Shown: positions 1 to 11,520 of the stretch, piece by piece
How positions within the stretch are numbered: position 1 is the stretch's first letter
Layout of the letters: the number at the start of each line of letters is the position of its first letter
Notes under the pieces: generated by a model
Database searches by the model: none
What the model was told of the DNA's origin: nothing
Seen by the model: only the letters and a program-made list of their open reading frames with translations
NCBI GenBank assembly: GCA_963830215.1
Contig: CAWHLM010000018.1
Location: 28,221-92,220, forward strand
Length of the DNA stretch: 64,000 bases
Source of the DNA: an uncultured Alphaproteobacteria bacterium
GTDB lineage: Bacteria > Pseudomonadota > Alphaproteobacteria > Rhizobiales > Kaistiaceae
Direction of reading: 5' to 3'
Translations under genes and position numbers: made by a program

Positions 1-1307
1 AGAAGATCGCCCACATGGCGCGCTACGACGCCCTCACCGACCTGCCGAACCGAACGCTGCTGGCCGAGGACCTCGCGCTCGCCCTCGCCGGCCTCACCGA
101 GAGCGAGCGCATTGCCGTGCTCTACCTCGACCTCGACCAGTTCAAGGGCATCAACGACACACTCGGCCACGCCATCGGCGACGAGTTGTTGAGGTACGTG
201 GCCGCCCGGCTGTCGACATGCGTTGGCAAGCGGGACAAGGTTGCGCGCGTCGGCGGCGACGAATTCGCCATCATCCAGACCGGCGTCAGAGACCCGGCCG
301 ACGCGGCGGCGCTGGCGCGCCGCATCGGAGACGTCATCCGACGTCCCTACGACCTGCGCGGCCAGATGGCCGTCGTCGACGCGTCGATCGGCATCGCGCT
401 GGCGCCGGACGATGGCAGCGAGCCGCACGAACTCATCAAGAACGCCGACATGGCACTTTACGGCGCCAAGGCCGATGGGCGCAGCACGTTCCGCTTCTTC
501 GAGCCGGCGATGGACGCCGAGATGAAGGCACGCCGTGCGCTGGAACTGGCGCTGCGCAAGACGCTCGTCGAAGGCGGGTTCAGATTGCACTACCAGCCGG
601 TGGTCGACCTCGAGACCGGGGTGGTTGTCTGCTGCGAGGCGCTGCTGCGTTGGCCGCAAGCGGATGGCGGGTATATTCCGCCGGCGAAGTTCATTCCGGT
701 GGCCGAGGAGATCGGCCTCATCGTGCCGATCGGCGAATGGGTATTGCGCACCGCCTGCGCCGAAGCCTGCCGCTGGCCGGAGCGCGTGAAGGTGGCCATC
801 AACCTGTCGCCGATCCAGGTCATGAGCGATAATCTGCTGCCGCTCGTCATCAACACGCTTGCCGCAACCGGCCTGCCGGCGTCGCGGCTGGAGGTGGAGA
901 TCACCGAGTCCGTCCTCATGCAGAACACCGAGGCGACGCTCACCACTCTGCACCGGCTGCACGATCGCGGCATCAGCATCTCGCTGGACGATTTCGGCAC
1001 CGGCTATTCGTCGCTCTCCTATCTGCGCGCCTTCCCCTTCGACAAGATCAAGATCGATCAGTCGTTCGTCGGCGACCTGCCGGGGCGCGGGGATGCCGCG
1101 GCGATCGTGCGCGCCATCACCGGGCTTGCTCGCAGTCTCGACATGGTGACCACTGCCGAAGGCGTGGAAACGGAGGAGCAGCGGGACCAGGTGCAGTTCC
1201 TTGGCTGCGACGAGGTCCAGGGCTTCCTGATCGGGCGGCCGCAGCGCGCAGGCGACATCGAGCACCTGCTGGCCGAGCCCCAGCGTCGCTTCGGCACCGC
1301 CGGCTAG
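1..1307 (+). CDS. GGDEF-EAL diguanylate cyclase/phosphodiesterase, 5'-truncated at window edge
   Basis: ORF 15..1307, with the frame open back to nt 3 ([17 protein letters not shown]). GGDEF motif [12 protein letters not shown]-domain motifs [31 protein letters not shown]. Confidence 0.9.
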   Translation, partial: KIAHMARYDALTDLPNRTLLAEDLALALAGLTESERIAVLYLDLDQFKGINDTLGHAIGDELLRYVAARLSTCVGKRDKVARVGGDEFAIIQTGVRDPADAAALARRIGDVIRRPYDLRGQMAVVDASIGIALAPDDGSEPHELIKNADMALYGAKADGRSTFRFFEPAMDAEMKARRALELALRKTLVEGGFRLHYQPVVDLETGVVVCCEALLRWPQADGGYIPPAKFIPVAEEIGLIVPIGEWVLRTACAEACRWPERVKVAINLSPIQVMSDNLLPLVINTLAATGLPASRLEVEITESVLMQNTEATLTTLHRLHDRGISISLDDFGTGYSSLSYLRAFPFDKIKIDQSFVGDLPGRGDAAAIVRAITGLARSLDMVTTAEGVETEEQRDQVQFLGCDEVQGFLIGRPQRAGDIEHLLAEPQRRFGTAG

Positions 1308-2518
1308 GGCGCCGACAGATCTTCCCCAAACAGCCGTTTGTATTCGGCGAGCGCGTAGCGGTCGGTCATGCCGGCAAGAAAATCGGCGACCCGCCGCGCC
1401 TTCTGTGCCGCGTCGTCGCCGGGCGGCGGCCGCCAGGCTTCCGGCATGGCGGCAGGATCGTCGAAATATCGGCTGAACAGGCGGGTAAGCCCGCCCTCCA
1501 TCCTGTCCATCACATCCATCACCTGGCGGTGGCGATAGACGTTGGCCTTGAGCATCGCCTTTATCGCGCCGTCAGTGTCCGCCATCGCTGCGGAAAAGGC
1601 GACGGTGGGCCGGCCGGCGGAGCGGATCGCATCGGCCGAATCCGGCCGGAGCGCATTGAGCCGCGCCTGGCTCTCCGCCACCACGTCGGCGATCATGGTC
1701 GAGATCAGGCGGCGGATCAGCGCCGCGACGGTGCGATCCGGCGCCAGCCCCGGATAATCGGCGGCGATCCGGGCGAGGATGTCGCCGATGAGCGGCGTCT
1801 TCGCGAGGCCCTCCGGCGACAACAGGCCGGCGCGCATGCCATCGTCGATATCGTGGGCGTCATAGGCGATGTCGTCGGCAATGGCCGCCGCCTGCGCCTC
1901 CGGCCCGGCGAAGCTTGCCAGCTCAAGGTCCTGGCGGGTGGCGTGGTCGCGGATGGCGAAGGGAAGGCCGTGGGCGGCGTAGCGGCCGATCGGGCGTCCC
2001 TCGCCGTCGGTCAGCGGGCCATTGTGCTTGACCAGACCTTCCAGCGTTTCCCAGGTCAGGTTCAGCCCGTCGAAATTCGGATAGCGCCGTTCGAGCGTCG
2101 TCACCACGCGCAGGCTCTGGGCGTTGTGGTCGAAGCCGCCATAGAAGGCCATCGCCGCATCCAGCGATCGTTCGCCGGCATGGCCGAAGGGCGGATGGCC
2201 GAGATCGTGGGCGAGCGCCAGGGCCTCGGCCAGGTCTTCGTCGAGGTGAAGCGTGCGGGCGAGCGCCCGGGCGATCTGGGCGACCTCCAGCGTATGGGTC
2301 AGGCGGGTGCGGTAGTGATCGCCCTCATCATACAGAAATACCTGGGTTTTTTCCTTCAGCCGGCGGAAGGCCGTGGAGTGGATGACGCGGTCGCGGTCGC
2401 GCTCGAAGGCGGTGCGCGTCGGGCTCTGGAGCTCGTCGAACAGGCGTCCACGGCTGCGGGCCGGGTCCGAGGCATAGGGCGCCCGGCCACCCATGCGCGC
2501 TTCGGTTGAATCGACCAT
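1304..2518 (-). CDS. dgt: dGTP triphosphohydrolase-like HD-domain protein
   Basis: ORF 1304..2578. HD motifs ([24 protein letters not shown]) and dGTPase-like length. Start set at the ATG at 2518 (MVDSTEAR). The GTG at 2578 and the ATG at 2494 are alternatives. Confidence 0.85.
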   Translation of the reverse strand: MVDSTEARMGGRAPYASDPARSRGRLFDELQSPTRTAFERDRDRVIHSTAFRRLKEKTQVFLYDEGDHYRTRLTHTLEVAQIARALARTLHLDEDLAEALALAHDLGHPPFGHAGERSLDAAMAFYGGFDHNAQSLRVVTTLERRYPNFDGLNLTWETLEGLVKHNGPLTDGEGRPIGRYAAHGLPFAIRDHATRQDLELASFAGPEAQAAAIADDIAYDAHDIDDGMRAGLLSPEGLAKTPLIGDILARIAADYPGLAPDRTVAALIRRLISTMIADVVAESQARLNALRPDSADAIRSAGRPTVAFSAAMADTDGAIKAMLKANVYRHRQVMDVMDRMEGGLTRLFSRYFDDPAAMPEAWRPPPGDDAAQKARRVADFLAGMTDRYALAEYKRLFGEDLSAP

Positions 2519-2768
2519 CACCTGAACCCGTGCATTGCCGGCGGCATTTCGTGCGGTGTCATAGTATTCGCTGAACACCTCGCCCGAAAGACACGGAATT
2601 CCTCACCTTGCTGCGCTGCACACAGACCGGTCCGGGGGAAATTCGCCTTGTCGTCCATGGCCTTGGGTGCCCTCGTCAACCTCCGCGGCATTGACTCCCT
2701 GCCCTCTGGCCCATAACTATTGTGCCAGTAAGTGCCATGTAAAACCTGAGCTTTCGGCCAAATTCACC

Positions 2769-3107
2769 ATGCTGGACACAGCAGCCAACGTCACCTTGTC
2801 GCAGCGGGCAGCGAAGCGGATTGCACACATCCTCGCCGCAGAGCCCGCCGGTACCGCGTTGCGCATCAGCGTGTCGGGCGGCGGCTGCTCCGGGTTCCAA
2901 TACGGCTTCGATCTCGATCGTAGTCGCGCCGACGACGACGTCGTCATCGAGCGCGAGGGGGCGGTGGTGCTGATCGATCCCATCTCGCTTCCCTACATGG
3001 GCGGCTCCGAGATCGACTTCGTCGACGACCTCATCGGCCAGTCGTTCCAGATTCACAATCCGAACGCCACCGCATCCTGCGGCTGCGGCACCAGTTTCTC
3101 GATCTGA
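2769..3107 (+). CDS. erpA: Fe-S cluster insertion protein, ErpA/IscA (HesB) family
   Basis: Internal ATG of ORF 2667..3107. Motifs LRISVSGGGCSGFQYGF and C-terminal CGCGTSFSI. Confidence 0.85.
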   Translation: MLDTAANVTLSQRAAKRIAHILAAEPAGTALRISVSGGGCSGFQYGFDLDRSRADDDVVIEREGAVVLIDPISLPYMGGSEIDFVDDLIGQSFQIHNPNATASCGCGTSFSI

Positions 3108-3115
3108 GGCACGTC

Positions 3116-3721
3116 ATGGCTGGGGGGAAGTCAACCGCACGCACCAAGAAGGCGCCATCGACAAAGGCGCCGGCCAAGTCGGCACGTGCCACCAAATCGG
3201 CGAAGCCCGCGGCTGCGCGCGCCCGCCCGCCGGCGGCTCGCGCCAAGACTGCGCCGGCCAAGCGCACGGCCCGCGCTCCGGCGGCCAAGGCTCCCGCAGC
3301 CAAGGCTCCGGGACGCCGCCCCGCTGCGGCGACGCGCGGCGGCGGCAGCGCGCTCGACAAGCTGCAGCAGGTGGCGCTCACGGCCACCAATCTCGACGCC
3401 TCGGTCGATTTCTACCGCGACGTTCTCGGCCTCAGGTTCATCGCCCGCTTCGACCCGCCGGGGCTGGCCTTCTTCAGCCTGGGCAGCGGCGTGCGCCTGC
3501 TGCTCTCGGCAACAGCGTCTCAAGCCTCGCTCTATTTCCAAGTCGACGACGTCGATGCCGCGGTCAAGGAGCTCAAGGGCCGTGGCGTGCGTTTCCTGCA
3601 GCAGCCGCAGATGATCCAGCGCGACGAAGCCGGCGATTTCGGCAAGAAGGGCATGGAAGAGTGGATGGCCTTCTTCAACGACCCTGCCGGCAACCTGCTA
3701 GCCCTGGTCGAGCGGCGCTGA
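3116..3721 (+). CDS. VOC (glyoxalase/bleomycin-resistance fold) protein with N-terminal Lys/Ala/Pro-rich tail
   Basis: ORF 3116..3721. The first ~80 aa are AKP-rich (KKAPSTKAPAKSARATKSAKPAAARA...), followed by a VOC-like domain (LTATNLDASVDFYRDVLGL...). GAGG lies 8 nt upstream of the ATG. Confidence 0.75.
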   Translation: MAGGKSTARTKKAPSTKAPAKSARATKSAKPAAARARPPAARAKTAPAKRTARAPAAKAPAAKAPGRRPAAATRGGGSALDKLQQVALTATNLDASVDFYRDVLGLRFIARFDPPGLAFFSLGSGVRLLLSATASQASLYFQVDDVDAAVKELKGRGVRFLQQPQMIQRDEAGDFGKKGMEEWMAFFNDPAGNLLALVERR

Positions 3722-3729
3722 TCCGTCCA

Positions 3730-3803
3730 GCGAATAGCGAATAGGGAGTAGCGAATAGAGCAGATGACGCTCATCTATTCGCTATTCGCTACTCCCTATT
3801 CGC
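3730..3803. repeat. Inverted arrays of 7-nt units (GCGAATA/GGGAGTA) forming a bulged hairpin between convergent genes; candidate bidirectional terminator
   Basis: Left arm 3730-3757 and right arm 3776-3803, separated by an 18-nt spacer with the mini-palindrome GATGA-CGC-TCATC. It fills the gap between the stops at 3721 and 3805. Confidence 0.6.
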
Positions 3804-3804
3804 C

Positions 3805-5292
3805 CTACTGAAACGCCGTCTCCGTGAAGCTGCGCAATTTGCGCGAATGGAGCCGCTCGTGCGCCATCGAGGCGAGCTTCTCCATCGCCCGCACGCCGAT
3901 CTCGAGATGCTGGCCGACCTGTTGGCGGTAGAAGGCGGAGGCCATGCCTGGCAGCTTCAGTTCGCCGTGCAGCGGCTTGTCCGAGACGCACAGAAGCGTG
4001 CCGTAGGGCACGCGGAAGCGGAAGCCGTTGGCCGCGATCGTCGCCGATTCCATGTCGAGCGCGATGGCGCGCGACTGCGAGAAGCGCTGCACCGGCTCGC
4101 GGTGGTCCCTGAGTTCCCAGTTGCGATTGTCGATGGTGGCGACGGTGCCGGTGCGCATGATGCTCTTCAGCTCGAAGCCCGACAGTCCGGTGACCTCGGC
4201 CACCGCCTCCTCCAGCGCCACCTGCACTTCCGCCAGCGGCGGGATCGGCACCCAGGTCGGCAGGTCGGCGTCGAGAACGTGGTCCTCGCGCACATAGCCG
4301 TGGGCGAGCACGTAATCGCCGAGCGCCTGGCTGTTCCGCAGGCCGGCGCAATGGCCGAGCATCAGCCAGGCGTGCGGCCTCAGCACGGCGATATGGTCGG
4401 TGATCGTCTTGGCGTTGGACGGGCCGACGCCGATGTTGATCATGGTCAGGCCGGCATGGCCGGCGCGTTTCAGATGATAGGCCGGCATCTGCGGCAGCCG
4501 CGGCAGCGCCACGCCCGATTCCGGCTCGGTCCGACCGGCCAGCGTCACCACGTCGCCGGGTTCGACGAAGCTCTCATAGCCGCCCCCGCCCGCCGCCATC
4601 ATCTTGCGGGCGCGCCCGACGAATTCGTCGACGTAGAACTGGTAGTTGGTGAAGATGATGAAGTTCTGGAAGTGCTCCGGGTGCGTCGCGGTGTAGTGCG
4701 GCAGGCGGTGGAGCGAATAATCGATGCGGCTGGCGTTGAACGGCGCCAGTGGCTCCGCCTTGCCAGGCGCCGCGACGAAGGTGCCGTTGACGATGGCATC
4801 GTCGACGACCGCGAGGTCGGGCACGTCGAACATGTCGCGCAGCGGCCGGTCGACCTGCTCGGTCAGCTCGCCTTCCACATAGATGCCTTCCGGAAACGCG
4901 AAGTGCAGCGGGATCGGCTCCTCAGACGGACCGATCTCGACCGGCACGTTGTGATTGCGCAGCAACTGCCGGATCTGCTCGATGAGGTAGTTGCGAAACA
5001 GCCTGGGCTGGGTGACGGTCGCCGCATAGACGCCGGGCGCGGCGACGTGGCCGTAGGACAGGCGCGAGTCGACCTGGGCGAAGGACAAGGTCTGGACGCG
5101 GATCTCGGGATAGGTGGCGCGCACCCTTCCGTCGAGGTGCCTGGTTTCGAGAAGCTTGGCGAACCGATCGCGGATGAAGGCCGTGTGGCGGTCGTAGATC
5201 AGTTCGAGCTGATCGACTGCCGCCTCGGGATCGCGGTACGACTTGGGGGCGATCCGCCGCGGCAGATCGGGAGAATTGGGTTCAGCGTTCAT
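3805..5292 (-). CDS. amn: AMP nucleosidase
   Basis: ORF 3805..5352, with start placed at the ATG at 5292 (MNAEPNSP). Length (~495 aa) and sequence resemble Amn as I recall the family (C-terminal nucleoside phosphorylase-like domain GHCAGLR, IDNRNWE). Confidence 0.85.
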   Translation of the reverse strand: MNAEPNSPDLPRRIAPKSYRDPEAAVDQLELIYDRHTAFIRDRFAKLLETRHLDGRVRATYPEIRVQTLSFAQVDSRLSYGHVAAPGVYAATVTQPRLFRNYLIEQIRQLLRNHNVPVEIGPSEEPIPLHFAFPEGIYVEGELTEQVDRPLRDMFDVPDLAVVDDAIVNGTFVAAPGKAEPLAPFNASRIDYSLHRLPHYTATHPEHFQNFIIFTNYQFYVDEFVGRARKMMAAGGGGYESFVEPGDVVTLAGRTEPESGVALPRLPQMPAYHLKRAGHAGLTMINIGVGPSNAKTITDHIAVLRPHAWLMLGHCAGLRNSQALGDYVLAHGYVREDHVLDADLPTWVPIPPLAEVQVALEEAVAEVTGLSGFELKSIMRTGTVATIDNRNWELRDHREPVQRFSQSRAIALDMESATIAANGFRFRVPYGTLLCVSDKPLHGELKLPGMASAFYRQQVGQHLEIGVRAMEKLASMAHERLHSRKLRSFTETAFQ

Positions 5293-5348
5293 GGGGCGTG
5301 CACCATCCTTCAAGGTGCGCCGCAATCTCTGCCAGCAGCCCGCCCGGG

Positions 5349-6533
5349 TCAAGTCGCCGGTAAGTCGGGCCCGGCGGCCGCCGCACGCCGGTCAAGCACA
5401 CTGGCAAGGAGCGCCACCGCGAGCCCGATCGCGACAAAAACCGCACTGATTCCCGGGAGTTGGGCATAGTGCCAACCGCCGTTGAGGGCAACGCCGCCGA
5501 GCCACGCCCCGGTCGCGATGCCGACATTGTAGGCGGTTGAGATCAGCGTCGAGACGAGATTGGGCGCGTCGTGGGCCGCGTTCAGGATGCGGGCCTGCAC
5601 CGGCGCGGAGAAGGAAAAGCCGACCAGCGACCACAGGAAGAAGACCACGCCCATGGCGATCGCGTTGGTGACGGCGGGCAGCGCGGCGAGATAGAGCGCC
5701 ACCTCCAGCGCCAGGATGGCGATCATCGCCGGCACCGGCTTCCAGTCGCCGAGCCGGCCGCCGATGAAATTCCCGAGGATGCCGCCCACGCCCGAAACGA
5801 ACAGCAGGACCGGGACGAGGCTGGTCGACAGCCCGGTGACCTGGGTCAGGATCGGCACGATGAAGGTGAAGGGCATGAAGAAGGCGATCATGCCGAGCGC
5901 GATCATCAGATAGGACGTGATCACCGGCTGCCGGAACACGGCGCGGATTTCGGCCGCCATGGTCGCCGATGGATGCCCGCCGCCCTTGGGCGCGGCCGGT
6001 ACCAGCACGGCCAGCCCAATCGTCGCGACGATGCCGATGCCGGCGATCGCCCAGAAGGCCATACGCCAGCCGAAGGCGTTGCCGATCGCGGTGCCGAGCG
6101 GCGCTCCGAGCACATTGGCAACCGTGATCCCGCCCACGACGAACGATACGGCGCTTGCCTGACGCGCCCTCGAGACCAGGCGCGTGGCGATAACCAGTGC
6201 AACGCCAAAGAACACGCCGTGGCTCGCCGAGATCACCAGCCGCGCGCCCATCAGCAGCCAATAGCTGGTCGCCAGCGCGCACAGCGCGTTGCCGGCGACG
6301 AACAGCATCATCATGGTCATGAGCAGGGCGCGGCGCGGCAGCCTGCCAGTGGCGAGCACGAGGATCGGGCCGCCCACCGCCACCCCCAGCGCATAGCCGG
6401 TGATGAGCAGCCCGGCGGTCGGGATGTCGACCGCGAGGTCGGACGCCAGCGCCGGCAGCAGGCCGGCGACCACCAGCTCCGTCGTGCCCACCGCGAAGGC
6501 GGCGATGAACAGGGCGAACAAGGGCAGCGGCAT
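5349..6533 (-). CDS. MFS transporter (purine/sugar efflux-like)
   Basis: ORF 5349..6764. The hydrophobic core starts at the ATG at 6533 (MPLPLFALFIAAFAVGTTE). About 12 predicted TM segments in 394 aa. The upstream Arg-rich extension is rejected. Confidence 0.85.
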   Translation of the reverse strand: MPLPLFALFIAAFAVGTTELVVAGLLPALASDLAVDIPTAGLLITGYALGVAVGGPILVLATGRLPRRALLMTMMMLFVAGNALCALATSYWLLMGARLVISASHGVFFGVALVIATRLVSRARQASAVSFVVGGITVANVLGAPLGTAIGNAFGWRMAFWAIAGIGIVATIGLAVLVPAAPKGGGHPSATMAAEIRAVFRQPVITSYLMIALGMIAFFMPFTFIVPILTQVTGLSTSLVPVLLFVSGVGGILGNFIGGRLGDWKPVPAMIAILALEVALYLAALPAVTNAIAMGVVFFLWSLVGFSFSAPVQARILNAAHDAPNLVSTLISTAYNVGIATGAWLGGVALNGGWHYAQLPGISAVFVAIGLAVALLASVLDRRAAAAGPDLPAT

Positions 6534-6660
6534 GGCGATCCGCCGGTTGGGCGGCCTTCTGGCGGCGTGGCAGCAAATGGGCTGGGCCGAAGGTGGCTCT
6601 CCGGCGGTTCGAACGATGGTCGAGTCACGCGCCGTGGTCAACAAACCGCTGCGTCTTGCT

Positions 6661-7089
6661 TCAGCCCTCCAGCGTCGCGTCGAGCGTGATCTTGATCGCA
6701 CCCAACGCCCGCGAGACCGGGCAGCCCATCTTGGTGCCGGCGGCGATCTCCTGGAATCTGGCATCGTCGATGCCCGCCACCTTGGCGCCGACGGTCAGCT
6801 CGATCAGCGTGATCGTCGGCGTGCCGTCCACCATGTCGAGATGGATCTCGGCATTGGTCCGCACCATCTCAGGCTTGAAGCCGGCGGCCTCGAGATCGGC
6901 CGACAGCGCCATGGAATAGCAGCCGGCATGGCCGGCAGCGATCAGCTCTTCCGGGTTGGTGCCGCCACCATCGGAGAAGCGCGAGGCCCAGGTGTACTCG
7001 CCGTCATAGGCGCCACCGCCGAAGCGCATGTGGCCGCGCCCCTGGCGCAGATTGCCGTGCCATACCGCGTCGCTCGTTCTTGTCGGCAT
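6661..7089 (-). CDS. OsmC family peroxiredoxin
   Basis: C-terminal 142 aa of ORF 6661..7530, from the ATG at 7089. OsmC-like motifs GTNPEELIAAGHAGCYSMAL and MGCPVS. Confidence 0.85.
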   Translation of the reverse strand: MPTRTSDAVWHGNLRQGRGHMRFGGGAYDGEYTWASRFSDGGGTNPEELIAAGHAGCYSMALSADLEAAGFKPEMVRTNAEIHLDMVDGTPTITLIELTVGAKVAGIDDARFQEIAAGTKMGCPVSRALGAIKITLDATLEG

Positions 7090-7233
7090 CGTCTTGTCCT
7101 TTTTGTCAAGAAGTCGGTCTTGGGGAGGAAGTGCGGGCGGTCGCCCGACCAGATGTCGAATATGGGTATTGCGCCGCCGCCGTCCAGTCTTGCCGACTAG
7201 CCTCGCGGCCCAGTTCCGTGCAATCAAATGCCT

Positions 7234-8026
<793 letters not shown>

Positions 8027-8108
8027 TCCCGGCCTCTGCCATCCGTGTTCTCATTCTTGTGATCGGCCGCCGGATTTCGGGCTCGCGCGAGCCGCGCTAA
8101 GCTTCCCT

Positions 8109-8543
8109 ATGGCAAGGCGGTGGATGCTCGCGGCAGGTATCCTCATGGCGCTGTCGGTCGTTCCGGCGGCGGCGCAGGATGCGCCTGCCACACCCGCTAC
8201 GCCCGCCCTGCCCTCCACCTCTGCCCCACCCGCTGCCACGCCTGCGGTCTGCGTGAGCGCCGGCAATACCTACAAGGCCGGCGACTATGCCTGCATTCCC
8301 GCCTGCCACGGCCAGCGCCGGCTGGCGCGCTGCGACGTCGTCGGCCAAGCCGCCTCGTGGACCTATGTATCGAACGCCTGCCCGAGCGCCATGATCAATG
8401 CGCCGTGGCCCAGTGACTGGACACAGCTGCCGGCGGCGACCGACATGACACCACTGCCGGTCAACGTGCGCATGAGCGCGATCGATCCGAAGATCGCGCC
8501 GCTCATCGGCTCTCATTACAGGGAATCGGTGCTCACCCGCTAA
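8109..8543 (+). CDS. Hypothetical exported protein
   Basis: ORF 8109..8543. Signal peptide MARRWMLAAGILMALSVVPAAAQ, Cys-containing mature part, no recognised domain. Confidence 0.55.
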   Translation: MARRWMLAAGILMALSVVPAAAQDAPATPATPALPSTSAPPAATPAVCVSAGNTYKAGDYACIPACHGQRRLARCDVVGQAASWTYVSNACPSAMINAPWPSDWTQLPAATDMTPLPVNVRMSAIDPKIAPLIGSHYRESVLTR

Positions 8544-8555
8544 CGGCCGCGCCGT

Positions 8556-9500
8556 CTACTTGCCGCTGGCGACCTTCGCCTGGTTCTTGGCGAGCCAGTC
8601 GTCGGCCAGTTTCTTGGCCTGCTGCCAATCGTCGGCAGTCGCCGCCGAGAGGGCTTCCTCGTGCATCGCCATGATCCAGTCCTGACCGGGGCCGGAACGA
8701 TCAAGCGCGATGGTGAGGTACATCAGCCCGCGTACCGGCTGGCGTTCGGTGCCGTCGCCGATGAACAGGATGTGGCCGTAGAGCGCCTGCCCCTCGACGC
8801 TGCCGTAGTCGGCGGCGAGCTTGGCCCATTGCGCGGCCTGACGCAGATTGCCGGGCTTGTCGGCCTGATCGAGGTGGTCGTGGGTAAGTTCCAGCGCGAT
8901 CTCGATCAAGAGGTCCTTGGCCGCCGGATTGCCCTTGTCGGCCGCCAGGTTCGCCCACTTCGCCGCCTGGATCAGATCGCGGTCGCCGCCCTCGCCGTTG
9001 TAGAACATGGCGGCGAGGTTGAGCTGGGCGTCGGCGTCGCCGAAATAGGCGGCGCGCCAGAAATATTCACGGGCGCGGCTGGGGTCCGGCTTGACGTCGG
9101 AATTCGGTATGCCCTTGCGGAAGAAGGAACCGAGCTTCGCCCAGGCGCTGGTAACGAAGGGGGTGGGCTGGTCGCGGCGGTTGGCGCTGTCGTCAGCGGC
9201 ATGGGCGGCCACGTCGCTGAAAAGCTTGAAGGCCGTGTAGTCGTTCTTCGCTACGCCGTCGCCCTCGGCATACATGTTGCCGAGCTTCCACTGGGCGCCG
9301 GCGCTGCCGGCCTTGGCGGCGAAGGACAGCGCCTCGACCGCAGTGGTCTTGTCGCCACTGCGATAGGAGGTGATGCCGTAGCGCAACGCTTCGGCTGGCG
9401 GCGTATCGGCATTGAGGTTCTTGATGTCGAAGGCAACGGCATGAGCGGTCATGCCGAGGACGATCACCAATGCGCCATTGAACGCACTACAGGTCCGCAT
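8556..9500 (-). CDS. exoR: Sel1-repeat periplasmic protein, ExoR-like
   Basis: ORF 8556..9500. Signal peptide, then repeated Sel1 motifs ([54 protein letters not shown]). The architecture matches rhizobial ExoR as I recall it. Confidence 0.65.
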   Translation of the reverse strand: MRTCSAFNGALVIVLGMTAHAVAFDIKNLNADTPPAEALRYGITSYRSGDKTTAVEALSFAAKAGSAGAQWKLGNMYAEGDGVAKNDYTAFKLFSDVAAHAADDSANRRDQPTPFVTSAWAKLGSFFRKGIPNSDVKPDPSRAREYFWRAAYFGDADAQLNLAAMFYNGEGGDRDLIQAAKWANLAADKGNPAAKDLLIEIALELTHDHLDQADKPGNLRQAAQWAKLAADYGSVEGQALYGHILFIGDGTERQPVRGLMYLTIALDRSGPGQDWIMAMHEEALSAATADDWQQAKKLADDWLAKNQAKVASGK

Positions 9501-11211
9501 AGCTCACAGCTTCCGCCGCGCCCCCTGGATGGGTCACCGCACCCTTGCGGGCCGGCCCCACGCCCTGCGCATATTTCCAGATCGCTCCGGTCGTGTACGT
9601 GCCGGCGCGCGGCTTCCAGGCCTTACGCCGCTTGGCAAAAGTGGCTTCGTCGAGGCGGACCGAAATGGTGCCCGCCACAGCGTCGATGTCGATGATGTCG
9701 CCGTCCTTGAGGAGGCCGATGGGGCCGCCTTCCGCCGCCTCCGGGCCGACATGGCCGATGCAGAAGCCGCGCGTGCCGCCGGAGAAGCGGCCGTCAGTGA
9801 TCAGCGCCACCTTGTCGCCGGCGCCCTGGCCGTAGAGCGCCGCCGTTGTCGACAGCATCTCGGGCATGCCGGGGCCGCCCTTGGGGCCGACATAGCGAAT
9901 GACCAGAACGTCACCGTCCTTGTAGGTGCGGTTGCTCACCGCCTCGAAGCATTCCTGCTCGGTGTCGAAGCAGCGCGCCGGGCCGGAGAACTGGAGCTTC
10001 TTCATGCCGGCGACCTTCACGATCGCACCGTCGGGCGCCAGGTTCCCCTTGAGGCCGACGACGCCGCCGGTCGGCGACAGCGGCTTGTCGGCGGGGACGA
10101 CCACATCCTGGTCCGGGTTCCACTTCACGCCCTTGAGGTTCTCGGCGATGGTCCGGCCGGTCACCGTCATGCAGTCGCCGTGCAGATAGCCGTGGTCGAG
10201 CAGCGTCTTCATCAGCATCGGAATGCCGCCGGCCTCGAACAGATCCTTGGCGACGTACTTGCCGGACGGCTTCAACGAGGCGATGTAGGGCGTCTTCTTG
10301 AAGATCTCGGCGACGGCGAAGAGGTCGAAGTCGATGCCGCACTCATGCGCGATCGCCGGCAGGTGGAGCGCGGCGTTGGTCGAGCCGCCGGAAGCGGCGA
10401 CCACGGTGGCGGCGTTCTCCAGCGCCTTGCGGGTAACGATATCGCGCGGGCGGATGTTGCGGGCGACGAGCTCCATCACCTTTTCGCCCGCGGCCATGCA
10501 GAAGCGGTCGCGGATCTCATAGGGTGCCGGGGCGCCAGCCGAATAGGGCAGCGCCAGGCCGATCGCCTCGGAGATCATGGCCATGGTGTTGGCGGTGAAC
10601 TGGCCGCCACAGGCGCCGGCCGAGGGACAGGCGACCTGCTCCAGCTCAAGCAGGTCCTCGTCACTCATCTTGCCGACCGAGTGCAGGCCGACGGCCTCGA
10701 AAACGTCGACCACGGTCACGTCGCGGCCCTTGAAGGTGCCGGGCAGGATCGAGCCGCCATAGATGAAGACCGAGGGCACGTTGAGGCGGCACATGGCCAT
10801 CATCATGCCGGGCAGAGACTTGTCGCAGCCGGCCATGCCGACCAGCGCATCGTAGCCGTGGCCGCGCATGGTCAGTTCGACCGAGTCGGCGATGACTTCG
10901 CGCGAGGGCAGCGAGGACTTCATGCCCTCATGGCCCATGGCGATGCCGTCGGTGACGGTGATGGTGCAGAACTCGCGCGGCGTGCCGCTGGCGGCGGCCA
11001 CCCCATGCTTCACCGCCTGCGCCTGGCGCATCAGCGAGATGTTGCAGGGCGCGGCCTCGTTCCAGCAGGTGGCGACGCCGACGAAGGGCTGGTGGATCTG
11101 CTCGGATGACAGACCCATGGCATAATAATAGGAGCGGTGCGGCGCGTGCTCCGGGCCCTCCGTCACGTGACGGCTGGGCAGTTTCTTCTTGTCGAACACA
11201 CGCGCTTCCAT
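9487..11211 (-). CDS. ilvD: Dihydroxy-acid dehydratase (IlvD/Edd family, short form)
   Basis: ORF 9487..11211, 574 aa. IlvD/Edd motifs [23 protein letters not shown]. Confidence 0.9.
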   Translation of the reverse strand: MEARVFDKKKLPSRHVTEGPEHAPHRSYYYAMGLSSEQIHQPFVGVATCWNEAAPCNISLMRQAQAVKHGVAAASGTPREFCTITVTDGIAMGHEGMKSSLPSREVIADSVELTMRGHGYDALVGMAGCDKSLPGMMMAMCRLNVPSVFIYGGSILPGTFKGRDVTVVDVFEAVGLHSVGKMSDEDLLELEQVACPSAGACGGQFTANTMAMISEAIGLALPYSAGAPAPYEIRDRFCMAAGEKVMELVARNIRPRDIVTRKALENAATVVAASGGSTNAALHLPAIAHECGIDFDLFAVAEIFKKTPYIASLKPSGKYVAKDLFEAGGIPMLMKTLLDHGYLHGDCMTVTGRTIAENLKGVKWNPDQDVVVPADKPLSPTGGVVGLKGNLAPDGAIVKVAGMKKLQFSGPARCFDTEQECFEAVSNRTYKDGDVLVIRYVGPKGGPGMPEMLSTTAALYGQGAGDKVALITDGRFSGGTRGFCIGHVGPEAAEGGPIGLLKDGDIIDIDAVAGTISVRLDEATFAKRRKAWKPRAGTYTTGAIWKYAQGVGPARKGAVTHPGGAAEAVSYADL

Positions 11212-11426
11212 GCTTCCCTCACCAGGTCGACCCGCCCCTGCCGGGCGTGGCGTTGAAACCCCAAGCCGCGGCGACGCACCGACGTTCCCCGCACTTGACC
11301 CCGCGCAGGGCTTTCATCGTGGCAGGTTGCTTGCCCCCCTGGCAGGCCAACCTATCGGTCGCAGACTTCCTGTCAGTTTATGGCTGAAAGGCGGCGGAAG
11401 GCCTTCTCATACGGTGAGGAGGTTAA

Positions 11427-11451
11427 CTTCCCGCCACACTGTGGCGGGAAG
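11427..11451. other. Perfect 11-bp stem / 3-nt loop hairpin in the yfcG-ilvD spacer
   Basis: CTTCCCGCCAC-ACT-GTGGCGGGAAG. No U-tract on either strand, so the function is unclear. Confidence 0.3.
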
Positions 11452-11520
11452 GCAACAAAAGCGCCGGCGAGGCTCCCGCCCTGCGCGGCGCTAACCATAA
11501 TTGGGCCGCAAACGGCCGCC

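Noticed and set aside
1304-1307. Convergent GGDEF-EAL and dgt genes share overlapping stop codons in the palindrome CTAG
   Set aside because: It is real but trivial, a compact-genome coincidence with no evident regulatory meaning.
2691-2719. TTGACT-N17-TAACTA promoter-like sequence upstream of erpA
   Set aside because: The -10 match is poor, and alphaproteobacterial promoters are too degenerate to assert from sequence alone.
6534-6764. N-terminal Arg-rich extensions of tracked ORFs (e.g. the MFS ORF to 6764, OsmC to 7530, GST to 12594, porin to 18327, amiC to 61158, FMN reductase to 49084)
   Set aside because: The extensions are compositionally junk (R/P/A-rich), overlap neighbouring genes or promoters, and precede internal starts with SD sequences and native-looking N-termini or signal peptides.
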